IMG/VR virus record: IMGVR_UViG_3300027828_000336
Location: 1-26,350 of that record
Strand: one strand, 5' to 3'
DNA length: 26,350 nt
Origin: a virus
Taxonomy: Duplodnaviria > Caudoviricetes
Part shown: piece after piece, positions 1-6,927 of the stretch
How positions within the stretch are numbered: position 1 is the stretch's first letter
Layout of the letters: each line of letters begins with the position of its first letter
Program-made: the position numbers and the translations under genes
Notes under the pieces: model-generated
Databases searched by the model: none
What the model saw: the letters and a program-made list of their open reading frames with translations, nothing else
What the model was told of the DNA's origin: nothing

Positions 1-241
1 CGAGCTCGCGTCGAGCGGGAGGGTAGTCCCACCCGTCGAGCTCCAGGCCTCCTTCCCCGTCCTGGATCACGAGCGGAGCCAGGCTCCACTCGTCGCGGAG
101 CTCCAGGACCTCAGCGAGGGCGCGGAGGAGCTCCGGCTCCGGTCGAGGACCCAGCCAGGCTCCGACCGTGTACGGCCCGTTGAGGAGCGCGAGAACGAGC
201 CTCCGAGCGTGCCCGCGGACGGGTCGACCGAGGCCGCTCAC
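1..241 (-). CDS. Hypothetical protein, runs off the left edge (MSGLGRPVRGHARRLVLALLNGPYTVGAWLG...)
   Basis: Own translation; GTG start overlaps the stop of 238..531 (GTGA); frame open to the edge. Confidence 0.65.
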   Translation of the reverse strand, partial: MSGLGRPVRGHARRLVLALLNGPYTVGAWLGPRPEPELLRALAEVLELRDEWSLAPLVIQDGEGGLELDGWDYPPARREL

Positions 242-531
242 GAGTCGATCCCGAGGCGGTCGGCCTCCGCGGAGAGGAGCGAGCGGACGAGGTCGGAGAG
301 GGACCCGCCGGTCGCGCGGAGGAGCCGCTCGATCCGCTGAGCCTCCGCCGGGGAGACCCGGAATTCCTTCCGCCGGGTCGCGGCCGCCTCCGCGCGAGCG
401 GGACGTCCTCGACGAGCTCGGACCGGCTCCTCCCCGGGAGCCTGATACTCGTCGACGTCGAGGCCGGTCGAGGCCAGGAGCGAGGCGAGGGCGGAGGGTT
501 GCTTGTTCTTCTTCTTCTTGCGGGTCGTCAT
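238..531 (-). CDS. Ribbon-helix-helix (CopG/Arc/MobC-like) DNA-binding protein
   Basis: RRGRP followed by RKEFRVSPAEAQRIERLLRATGGSLSDLVRSLL (strand-helix-G-S-x-S-helix pattern); GAAAGG SD-like sequence upstream. Confidence 0.65.
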   Translation of the reverse strand: MTTRKKKKNKQPSALASLLASTGLDVDEYQAPGEEPVRARRGRPARAEAAATRRKEFRVSPAEAQRIERLLRATGGSLSDLVRSLLSAEADRLGIDS

Positions 532-560
532 AGGTGAGGCCTTTCGGGCTTCGGTGGTTG
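520..560 (-). repeat. Copy 1 of a ~40-nt leader plus start repeat (copy 2 at 2415..2453)
   Basis: gcgggtcgtcataggtgaggcctttcgggcttcggtggttg versus gcgggtcgtcataggtgagcctttcgggcttcgtggttg; differ by two single-base indels. Confidence 0.9.
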
Positions 561-564
561 CGGT

Positions 565-984
565 CTAGGCCGCGAAATCGAACGAGAGGTCGTCCGAGGT
601 GTAGGTCTCGAATTGCTCCGCGAGGGGAGCTCGCTCGACGCGGTTCGCGAGAGCGACGAAGTCGAGGCGGTCGGTCGCGGCCTCGATCGAGGCGAGGCGA
701 GCGGCCTCCTCCTCCGCGTAGAACGCGCGACGGCCGGGAGCGGTCGAGCGCCATTGGTTCGCGCGGGTCACGAACCCGGCCGCGTCGCGACGGTCGCAGG
801 TCGCGCGGCCGGTCGAGCTCGCGAGGTCGCAGTTCGCGACCTCCAAGCGACGGAGGACGCGGCGAGCCCAGGAGGCCGAACAGCCGACCAGCTCCGCGAG
901 CTCCCGCGCGGTGAGAGCGGCCCCGGCCGCCTCGACGAGGGCGCGTTGGATTCGGTGGGCTTTGGTCTCGGTCGTGTTCGTCAT
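565..984 (-). CDS. Winged helix-turn-helix DNA-binding protein, probably leaderless
   Basis: IQRALVEAAGAALTARELAELVGCSASWARRVLRRLE HTH signature; ATG lies 6 nt after a -10 hexamer. Confidence 0.75.
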   Translation of the reverse strand: MTNTTETKAHRIQRALVEAAGAALTARELAELVGCSASWARRVLRRLEVANCDLASSTGRATCDRRDAAGFVTRANQWRSTAPGRRAFYAEEEAARLASIEAATDRLDFVALANRVERAPLAEQFETYTSDDLSFDFAA

Positions 985-990
985 AGCGGA

Positions 991-1083
991 ATTCTAGCCG
1001 GACGTATTCCGGCTCGCAATAGGAAAAACGTCCGGCAGGAAAGAATCCCGCCGGACGCGCCCTAAGTCCAGTTATTGTCCGGC
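991..1083 (-). promoter_or_regulatory. Promoter/operator module 1: TTGCGA-17-TAGAAT with GCCGGAC(G) half-sites
   Basis: -35 at 1014..1019, -10 at 991..996; half-sites at 997, 1029, 1050, 1077; spacer is itself palindromic (GCCGGA-CGTAT-TCCGGC); CCTAAGTC at 1061..1068. Confidence 0.85.
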
Positions 1084-1088
1084 GAAAA

Positions 1089-1538
1089 CTACGCGCGGGC
1101 TCGCGAATACCAGCCCCGCTGAGCTCCGATCCCGAGGCCTCGGAGCGGCCGGTCGACCTGGACGCCGACCGCGAGGAGGACGCGTTCGAGCTGGTCGGCG
1201 TAGGCCTTGCCCGCGTGGAGCTCGACGACGACGTCCCGAGGGTCGGTCCCGTCCTCCAGGCCGTCGAGGATCTGACCGGCGACCCAGAGCGACCAGGCGG
1301 CCGCGTCGAGGCGGGAGAGGTCGCTCGCGGTGAGGTCATAGGGAGCGGTCAGGACGTCGCGGCCCAGAACCCCGTGCATGGCGGAGAGGACCGACCAGTC
1401 GAGCCCGCTCGCGTTCGCGTAGGCTGCTCGCATAGCGAACAGGGAGCCCGTGTAGAGCTCCTCCGCGCGGACGGTTTCCTCGACCTTGTCCTTGCCGCAG
1501 CCGATCAGGAGGACGCGGACCGCCTCGGGGCGGCTCAC
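1089..1538 (-). CDS. DUF6884-like protein
   Basis: LLIGCGKDK...AEELYTGSLF...WSVLSAMHGVL...APYDLT...HAGKAY...PLRGLGIGAQRGW matches my recollection of the family; GTG start at 1538 overlaps upstream stop. Confidence 0.75.
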   Translation of the reverse strand: MSRPEAVRVLLIGCGKDKVEETVRAEELYTGSLFAMRAAYANASGLDWSVLSAMHGVLGRDVLTAPYDLTASDLSRLDAAAWSLWVAGQILDGLEDGTDPRDVVVELHAGKAYADQLERVLLAVGVQVDRPLRGLGIGAQRGWYSRARA

Positions 1539-1966
1539 GAGGTCACCCCCGCGACCCGCCGGGTCGCCTCCCGAATCTTGCGGGTCGCAATCGCGATCGA
1601 GCGGCGGGTCGACCGCTCCAGGAACGCATACTGGGCGTCCGAGAGGTCGACGCAAACCGCGGCGAACGCGAGGTCGACCGCCTGGTCCGCGGACGACTCC
1701 AGACAGTCGGCCGCCTCCTCCGCCGCCTCCGTCGAGTGAAACACGACCCGCGTTTGACTCAGGACCGAGAAGCGCTGCTCCTCTTGATACTCGTCCTGGA
1801 GCCGCTCGACCTGGCGAGGGGATAGCTTGACGTCGACCGGGTCGAGCGACTCGAACGCGAGGCGGAGGTTCGCGAGCGTCGCGTAGTCTCCGGCCGCGGC
1901 CGCCTTGCTCCAGGCCCGGTCGAGGGCTCGGTCGGTCTTGTTCGTGTAGGTCGTCGAGTTCGTCAT
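1535..1966 (-). CDS. Hypothetical protein (143 aa, helical)
   Basis: ATG with GGAG upstream, directly after promoter module 2; GTGA overlap downstream. Confidence 0.8.
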   Translation of the reverse strand: MTNSTTYTNKTDRALDRAWSKAAAAGDYATLANLRLAFESLDPVDVKLSPRQVERLQDEYQEEQRFSVLSQTRVVFHSTEAAEEAADCLESSADQAVDLAFAAVCVDLSDAQYAFLERSTRRSIAIATRKIREATRRVAGVTS

Positions 1967-1993
1967 AGGTCAGCTCCGTTTGGTTGAGTCGTA

Positions 1994-2085
1994 GTTATAG
2001 CCGGACGGAATGGTCCGCGCTATAGGGAAAACGTCCGGCGGAAAAGATTCCGGCCGGACGCCCCTAAGTCGTGTATCTGTCCGGC
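1994..2085 (-). promoter_or_regulatory. Promoter/operator module 2: TAGCGC-17-TATAAC with four half-sites
   Basis: Half-sites at 2000, 2032, 2053, 2079, nearly the same offsets as module 1; CCTAAGTC at 2063..2070. Confidence 0.8.
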
Positions 2086-2090
2086 GAGAA

Positions 2091-2426
2091 CTAGGCCCAG
2101 CGGGTCGGGTCGTCCTGAGCGCGGACGGTCTCCTCCGCCGCCACCGCGTCGTCGAGCCAGCTCCGGTCCGCGAGCTCCTGGAGCCGGTCGAGGTCCTCCT
2201 GAGCGCGGTCGAGGACCGCGGCCGCCTGAGCGACGGACTCGCGGCTCGGAGCGAGCTCGGGAGCGGAGAGGGCGGCCGCGGCGCGAGCCTGAGCGTCGAG
2301 GTCCCCGACGCGGGTCCGAGCGAGGCGGAGGCGGACCTCCGCGGCGGGGAGCTTGTCCGCGGCCGCGGCGGAGTGAAGGCGGAGGGTCGAGAGGAGGCGA
2401 GCGGTCTTAGTGGCGCGGGTCGTCAT
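2091..2426 (-). CDS. Hypothetical Ala-rich coiled-coil protein (MTTRATKTARLL..., 111 aa)
   Basis: ATG at 2426 follows the repeated leader with GAAAGG; the longer ORF-track start lies inside the promoter. Confidence 0.75.
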   Translation of the reverse strand: MTTRATKTARLLSTLRLHSAAAADKLPAAEVRLRLARTRVGDLDAQARAAAALSAPELAPSRESVAQAAAVLDRAQEDLDRLQELADRSWLDDAVAAEETVRAQDDPTRWA

Positions 2427-2453
2427 AGGTGAGCCTTTCGGGCTTCGTGGTTG
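2415..2453 (-). repeat. Copy 2 of the ~40-nt leader plus start repeat
   Basis: Near-identical to 520..560. Confidence 0.9.
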
Positions 2454-2460
2454 AGCCGCA

Positions 2461-2522
2461 ATAATAGCCGGACGGAATGCCCCGCGCAAGGGATATTCCG
2501 TCCGGCAGGAAATAGACTTAGG
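2461..2522 (-). promoter_or_regulatory. Promoter/operator module 3: TTGCGC-17-TATTAT with a 12-bp perfect inverted repeat
   Basis: GCCGGACGGAAT (2467..2478) / ATTCCGTCCGGC (2495..2506) flank the -35 (2484..2489); GACTTAGG (inverted CCTAAGTC) at 2515..2522. Confidence 0.85.
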
Positions 2523-2538
2523 CCCGAGGCGGAAGAAA

Positions 2539-3087
2539 TCAGGCTCCGGCGATACCCTTCCGAGGACCGCCCGCGAGGGTCGATTTCGCCTCCGCGAGGA
2601 GCTCGCGGCCGGACTTGGACGTCCAGAGGTCGGAGAGGAGATCCGCCCGGGAGCGGGAGGTCGTCGAGGTCTCGACCCGCTCGGTCGCGTTCCCCCCGAG
2701 GAGCTGGTCCAGCTTCCCGAGCTGCTCCAGGGCGTCGACGAGGTCCGCGAACTTGAGCTCCTCGATCCGGTCCGGGTTCGCCAGGTAGCGCTCGAACGCG
2801 ATCCGGGTCACCTCCAGGCCCGCCGCGAGGGAGAGGCCGATCGTCTCCCCGGTCGAGCGAGCCGCGACCTCCGCCGCGGCCGCCTGGACCGCGGCGAGGT
2901 GTTCGTCCCAGGCCGCGGCCCGGGAGACCCATTCGTTCGACCGGCTCCAGGTCGCTATCCGGTGGTAGCTCGTTTTCGCGAGCGTCGAGGCCTGGCGGAG
3001 AGAGCGTTTCTCCTGCCCGAGGTAGACCCCGAACGCTCGGAACGCTCGGTCGGTCTCCCCCTCCTGCCTCTCCCAGGCCTTGCTCAC
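2539..3087 (-). CDS. terS: Terminase small subunit-like HTH protein
   Basis: WERQEGETDRAFRAFGVYL...RSLRQAS...WSRSNEWVSRAAAWD resembles a common phage TerS N-terminus; GTG start at 3087. Confidence 0.65.
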   Translation of the reverse strand: MSKAWERQEGETDRAFRAFGVYLGQEKRSLRQASTLAKTSYHRIATWSRSNEWVSRAAAWDEHLAAVQAAAAEVAARSTGETIGLSLAAGLEVTRIAFERYLANPDRIEELKFADLVDALEQLGKLDQLLGGNATERVETSTTSRSRADLLSDLWTSKSGRELLAEAKSTLAGGPRKGIAGA

Positions 3088-3815
3088 GAGGAGGCCTCCC
3101 GGTCGAGGAGCTCCGCGAGGAGCCTCCCCGCTTCGTCCCGGCGGACCCAGCGCTCGTTCCTGCACTTGTAGACCCGGAGTCCGGCCGCGTGAGCGATCCG
3201 CGGGAGGAGCTCCGCTCCGACTCCCCAGAAATCCTCCGCGAGCTTGTAGAGGGGAGCTCCGAGGTCGGGGAACCAGGCCGCGAGCGAGAGGAGCTCGCGG
3301 ACGAGGACCTCGTCGACGAGGCCTCCGGCGCGGACCTGGTCGACCGCGGCGAGGTAGCGACCGGCCGCCTCCCAGACCCGGAACGCGTGAGGACCGGCGG
3401 AGGGCGGAGGAGCTGGAGCTCGGGTCGGTCGGGTTGGTTCGGTCGTCAGCATGTCGTCTCCAGTGTCGAGGACGTTTCGCGCCCATTCGAGCGCTTTCGG
3501 GGTGATTTGGACCAGGACCCGTCGCGCGGGATCCTGGGTCGAGGTCGTCTGGACCAGGCGGAAGTCGACCCCGTCGCGAGCCCAATGCTCGCGGAGGCGG
3601 AGCCAGCGACGGTAGGCCGCTCGGGGAGCGAGCTCGGGGAGGAGCGTCCGCGCCCAGACCTCTTTCGAGACCGGCTCGGTCCCGAACGCTCGACCCCACT
3701 CCAGGAGGTCGAGCGCTCGACCTCGACGAGCTCGACGGACGAGGGCGGACTCCCGCGGGGTCTCCTCGACGAGCTCGACGACGTCGTCGTCCTGGAGCTC
3801 GACGAGCTCGCTCAC
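3084..3815 (-). CDS. Hypothetical protein (243 aa)
   Basis: GTGA overlaps at both ends; normal codon usage. Confidence 0.8.
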   Translation of the reverse strand: MSELVELQDDDVVELVEETPRESALVRRARRGRALDLLEWGRAFGTEPVSKEVWARTLLPELAPRAAYRRWLRLREHWARDGVDFRLVQTTSTQDPARRVLVQITPKALEWARNVLDTGDDMLTTEPTRPTRAPAPPPSAGPHAFRVWEAAGRYLAAVDQVRAGGLVDEVLVRELLSLAAWFPDLGAPLYKLAEDFWGVGAELLPRIAHAAGLRVYKCRNERWVRRDEAGRLLAELLDREASS

Positions 3816-4408
3816 GAGAGCGCCCCGCGGAGGTCGTAGATCCAGACCCGGTATCCGCCGGTCTCCGCGTAGACTTTCCGAGCCGCGAGCTCGACGACGA
3901 GGCAGTCGTTCGCGAAGTAGCCCGCCCCCTCCAGGCCGTCGAGGAGGAGTTTCGAGAGCTGGTCGACGTCTCCCGCGAGCCGCGAGAGGACCGGCTCCCC
4001 GATCGCGTTCGCTCGCTTCGTCTTGCTCCAGCTCGGAGGCGGGACGAACAGGAACTCGACCTCGACGCGGACGGGACCGTCGAGGGTCTCGGCCGCCCGC
4101 GGGAGGAGCTCGCGTAGTTTCTCCCCGGCCGCGGTCGCCTTCCTAGAGGGACGGACCGAGAGCCGCGGCCCGAGCTTGACGATCTGAGCGGAGTTTCCCT
4201 TCGGCGCGGGGAGCGTCGCGGAGTGAGCCTTCCGCTTGTGACGCCAGCCGAACTCCGCGCCCGGGATCACGAGCTCCGCGACGAGACGCGGGAGCCCGGT
4301 CGCTTCGTAGACCTCAAGCGCGAGAGCCGAGACGACCTCGGAGTCCGTGACCTGGGTCCGCTCCAGGACCTTGCGGCGGAGCCCGCGTTTCCAGCGTGGC
4401 TCGCTCAC
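3812..4408 (-). CDS. rusA: RusA-family Holliday junction resolvase
   Basis: GPVRVEVEFLF...GDVDQLSKLLLDGL...FANDCLVV...KVY catalytic pattern; GTG start at 4408. Confidence 0.88.
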   Translation of the reverse strand: MSEPRWKRGLRRKVLERTQVTDSEVVSALALEVYEATGLPRLVAELVIPGAEFGWRHKRKAHSATLPAPKGNSAQIVKLGPRLSVRPSRKATAAGEKLRELLPRAAETLDGPVRVEVEFLFVPPPSWSKTKRANAIGEPVLSRLAGDVDQLSKLLLDGLEGAGYFANDCLVVELAARKVYAETGGYRVWIYDLRGALS

Positions 4409-4605
4409 GAGTCGCCCCCAGCGAGACGCGTCGAGAGGTCGGGCTCCGTCCAATGGTGGACCTCGCGAGCGAGCGGGTCTAGCTCTCGATTCCACGCCGC
4501 GGAATCCGCAGCGTCGATCCCGCGGAGCGCGGACTCTGGGCAATCGTGGGTTGTCGACACGGGCCCGCGGCAAATCTCGCAGCCCGGTTTCCGACGGGCG
4601 CTCAC
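4405..4605 (-). CDS. Small putative Zn-binding protein (MSARRKPGCEICRGPVSTTHDC...)
   Basis: CxxC...HxC motif; GTGA overlaps at both ends. Confidence 0.65.
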   Translation of the reverse strand: MSARRKPGCEICRGPVSTTHDCPESALRGIDAADSAAWNRELDPLAREVHHWTEPDLSTRLAGGDS

Positions 4606-4757
4606 GAGAGGACCGCGATCAGGGTCGCGGCGAACCCGAACAGAGCGACCGCCCATAGGACGATCAGGAGGCGGTCGACGAGGACGCGACGGACCTCCGC
4701 GAGGCGAGCGCTTTGCTCCGCTTCGCGGAGGTCGCGAGGGGTTCGGTGGCGGGTCAC
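4602..4757 (-). CDS. 51-aa membrane protein absent from the ORF track (MTRHRTPRDLREAEQSARLAEVRRVLVDRLLIVLWAVALFGFAATLIAVLS)
   Basis: Own translation; fills the gap exactly with GTGA overlaps on both sides; C-terminal hydrophobic helix. Confidence 0.75.
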   Translation of the reverse strand: MTRHRTPRDLREAEQSARLAEVRRVLVDRLLIVLWAVALFGFAATLIAVLS

Positions 4758-4981
4758 GAGGAGACTCCGAGGCGGTCGAGGATTTCAGTCAGGGGTTGGA
4801 ATGCGAGAGGGATTCGGATCGGTCTCCAGCGGCCGTCGTCGAGGACGTGACCGAGGAGAGCGCGGGAGGGACCAGGAGAGCGGACGAGCGTTCCGTAGGT
4901 CGGGGAGACCTTGATCTCGAACCCCGCCTCGACGAGCTCGCGGAGGAACCTCGCGCGTAGGGTCTTGCCTTGCTGCCTCAC
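4754..4981 (-). CDS. Hypothetical protein (MRQQGKTLRARFLRELVEAGF..., 75 aa)
   Basis: GTG at 4981 overlaps upstream stop; C-terminal part of track ORF 4754..5287. Confidence 0.7.
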   Translation of the reverse strand: MRQQGKTLRARFLRELVEAGFEIKVSPTYGTLVRSPGPSRALLGHVLDDGRWRPIRIPLAFQPLTEILDRLGVSS

Positions 4982-5352
4982 GAGAATAGCTCCAGGTTCG
5001 CGGGGTCGAGCTCGCGGAGCTCCTGGACGATCTCGCGCACGGGAACCCCGTCCGCGAGTCGAGCGAGGAGGAGGCCGTGAGCCTCCCGCGAGGTCCCGAG
5101 GCGGAGGCCGACGAGGTTCGTTCGGATCCCGTCGAGGTCGGCCGAGGTCGCGGCCGAGTCCGTGAGCTCGCGGAGCCAGTCGAGCTCCGCCCGGGTCGCG
5201 AGGTCCGGCCGCCTCCGGCGGACCGCCTCCGCGTGGTAGTGGTTCCGCCAGCGAACCGAGGCGAACCTCCGGCCGGTTCGAGGACACGGTCCGGGACCGA
5301 CCCAGACGTCCCAGAACGCGGTCGGGTCCGTGACGTAGGTCGTCCGGCTCAC
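4978..5352 (-). CDS. Hypothetical protein (124 aa)
   Basis: GTGA overlaps at both ends. Confidence 0.75.
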   Translation of the reverse strand: MSRTTYVTDPTAFWDVWVGPGPCPRTGRRFASVRWRNHYHAEAVRRRRPDLATRAELDWLRELTDSAATSADLDGIRTNLVGLRLGTSREAHGLLLARLADGVPVREIVQELRELDPANLELFS

Positions 5353-5846
5353 GAGGCCACCTCCGCGTAGGTCTTGCGGGAGACGACCCGCTCGATCACG
5401 GTCCGGTTTCGGCCGAGTCGTCGCGCGATCGACTGGCAGCTCTCCCCCGAGGCCGCGGCCGCTCGGATCGAGAGGACCTCCTCGTCCGTGAGGCGCGGCC
5501 GACGAGGACCGCTGAGCCGACCATTCCGGGACGCGTCGCGAGCGTTTTCGCGGACCGTCCCCCAGCGGAGGTTCGTCGCGCGATTGTTCGTCGGGTCGTC
5601 GTCCGCGTGGAGAACGCGGGTCGCCCAGACCGGACGAACCGGCAGGAACGCGAGCGCGACCAAGCGGTGAACGAGGAACGAGCGGCAGGTCCCGCGATCG
5701 TAGAGGTCGACGGAGAGGTGGCCCGACGAGGAACGAGCTCGCGGCTTGAGCACGCGACCGGAGAACACGCCACGAACCCGGCCGAGGTTCGAGACGCGAT
5801 ACATGGTGAATCCTGGGATCTCCTCCCAGCGCTCGACGGAGCTCAC
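5349..5846 (-). CDS. NUMOD4-HNH homing endonuclease with C-terminal HTH
   Basis: ERWEEIPGFTMYRVSNLGRVR (NUMOD4), VHRLVALAF...HADDDPTNNRATNLRWGT..EN (HNH), LTDEEVLSIR...SIARRLG; GTG start at 5846. Confidence 0.92.
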   Translation of the reverse strand: MSSVERWEEIPGFTMYRVSNLGRVRGVFSGRVLKPRARSSSGHLSVDLYDRGTCRSFLVHRLVALAFLPVRPVWATRVLHADDDPTNNRATNLRWGTVRENARDASRNGRLSGPRRPRLTDEEVLSIRAAAASGESCQSIARRLGRNRTVIERVVSRKTYAEVAS

Positions 5847-6577
5847 GAGCGCCTCCGCTTCTCGGATTGCTCCGCGACGTAGTTCGCGAAGTAGGTATCC
5901 GGCTCCCCGCTCGGGTAGTCCTCCCCGCCGAAGCACTCCGGCCCGAACGCGTCCGGCTCCGGCCGCGGCTCGACCGCGTCGAGCTCGTCCTGGAAACTCA
6001 CCGCGAGCTCCGCCTCCTGGATCTGCTCGCGGAGGACCCCGTCGATCGCAGCCTGAGCGCAGGAGAGGTGCGAGCGTCGCTGGTCTCCCCCTTGCCTGTG
6101 GACCCGCTCGACGTAGTCCCCGACGACCGGCTCCAGACAGAGCTCGCACGGACGAGCTCCGGCTCCCTCCCGCGTCCGGTGAACGCGGGAGAGGTCGCAG
6201 GTCGAGAGGAAGTAAAGTCCCGAGCGGACGTCCGAGACCTGGACCTCGACGAGCGAACGCTCCTCCGTGATCGCGAACGCGGGACGGTCGAACGAGCCGG
6301 TCGGGAGTTGGCGGAGGAGGTCGCCCCCCTCCTGGACCTCGAACGCGAGCCAGCGAGGCGCGGGCCAGGCTCGACCCTTCTCGCGGACCCCGAGCCACCA
6401 GACCGAGCCGGTCTGGCTCCAGCGGAGGAACGTCCCGTTCTCCCAGGAGAGGAACGCGTCGGACTCGGGGTCTCCCCCCGACCATTTGTGATCGGGCTCC
6501 CCGTTGCGGAGGACGACGGCCGCGAGGATCTCCGCGGCCGCGGCCTCGACCTGGTCGGTCGTGACGAAGGAGCTCAC
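5843..6577 (-). CDS. Hypothetical protein with CxxC...HxxC motif and acidic C-terminus
   Basis: PCELC...SHLSC; GTG start at 6577 overlapping upstream stop. Confidence 0.75.
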   Translation of the reverse strand: MSSFVTTDQVEAAAAEILAAVVLRNGEPDHKWSGGDPESDAFLSWENGTFLRWSQTGSVWWLGVREKGRAWPAPRWLAFEVQEGGDLLRQLPTGSFDRPAFAITEERSLVEVQVSDVRSGLYFLSTCDLSRVHRTREGAGARPCELCLEPVVGDYVERVHRQGGDQRRSHLSCAQAAIDGVLREQIQEAELAVSFQDELDAVEPRPEPDAFGPECFGGEDYPSGEPDTYFANYVAEQSEKRRRS

Positions 6578-6927
6578 GACCAAGCCTCCAGGAGGGCGTC
6601 GATCTTCGCCTCGATCCGGTCCAGACGAGACGCGACCTGGTTGGTCCCGAGCGAGGGCGTCGGAGCCTCCGGCTCCGGCTCCGGCTCCGGCGTCGGCTCC
6701 GGCGTCGGGTTGTTCGCGTGCCAGGTCTTGAGAGCGGCTCGGAGCTTCCGAGCGTAGAACGGAGACGCGCTCCTCCGGAGCGCCCAGCCTCGGAGCGTCG
6801 CAGGGTTGACACCGAGAGCCTCAGCGGCCGCGGAGTAGACCGGGACCCGGTCGAGGAGGTCGTCGAGGAGCCGGTTAAGCGAGCGCGAGAAGGGGCGCGC
6901 AATGTTCCCGTGTAGCTTGCCGCTCAT
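6574..6927 (-). CDS. Cro/XRE-like HTH protein with Pro-Glu linker and C-terminal coiled coil
   Basis: SAAAEALGVNPATLRGW HTH; PTPEPTPEPEPEPE linker; RLDRIEAKIDALL heptad; ATG at 6927 (ATGA overlap). Confidence 0.75.
   Translation of the reverse strand: MSGKLHGNIARPFSRSLNRLLDDLLDRVPVYSAAAEALGVNPATLRGWALRRSASPFYARKLRAALKTWHANNPTPEPTPEPEPEPEAPTPSLGTNQVASRLDRIEAKIDALLEAWS

Noticed and set aside
997-2506. Inverted repeats as IS ends, integron attC sites or terminators
   Set aside because: No transposase or integrase, no GTTRRRY cores, no U-tracts positioned after stems; they overlap promoter hexamers at fixed spacing
5846-6902. 517-aa version of the HNH ORF, and the long N-termini of track ORFs 2539..3699, 3812..4573, 6574..7296, 11657..13114
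   Set aside because: Arg/Pro-rich off-frame extensions overlapping real upstream genes; true starts are at the 4-nt overlaps
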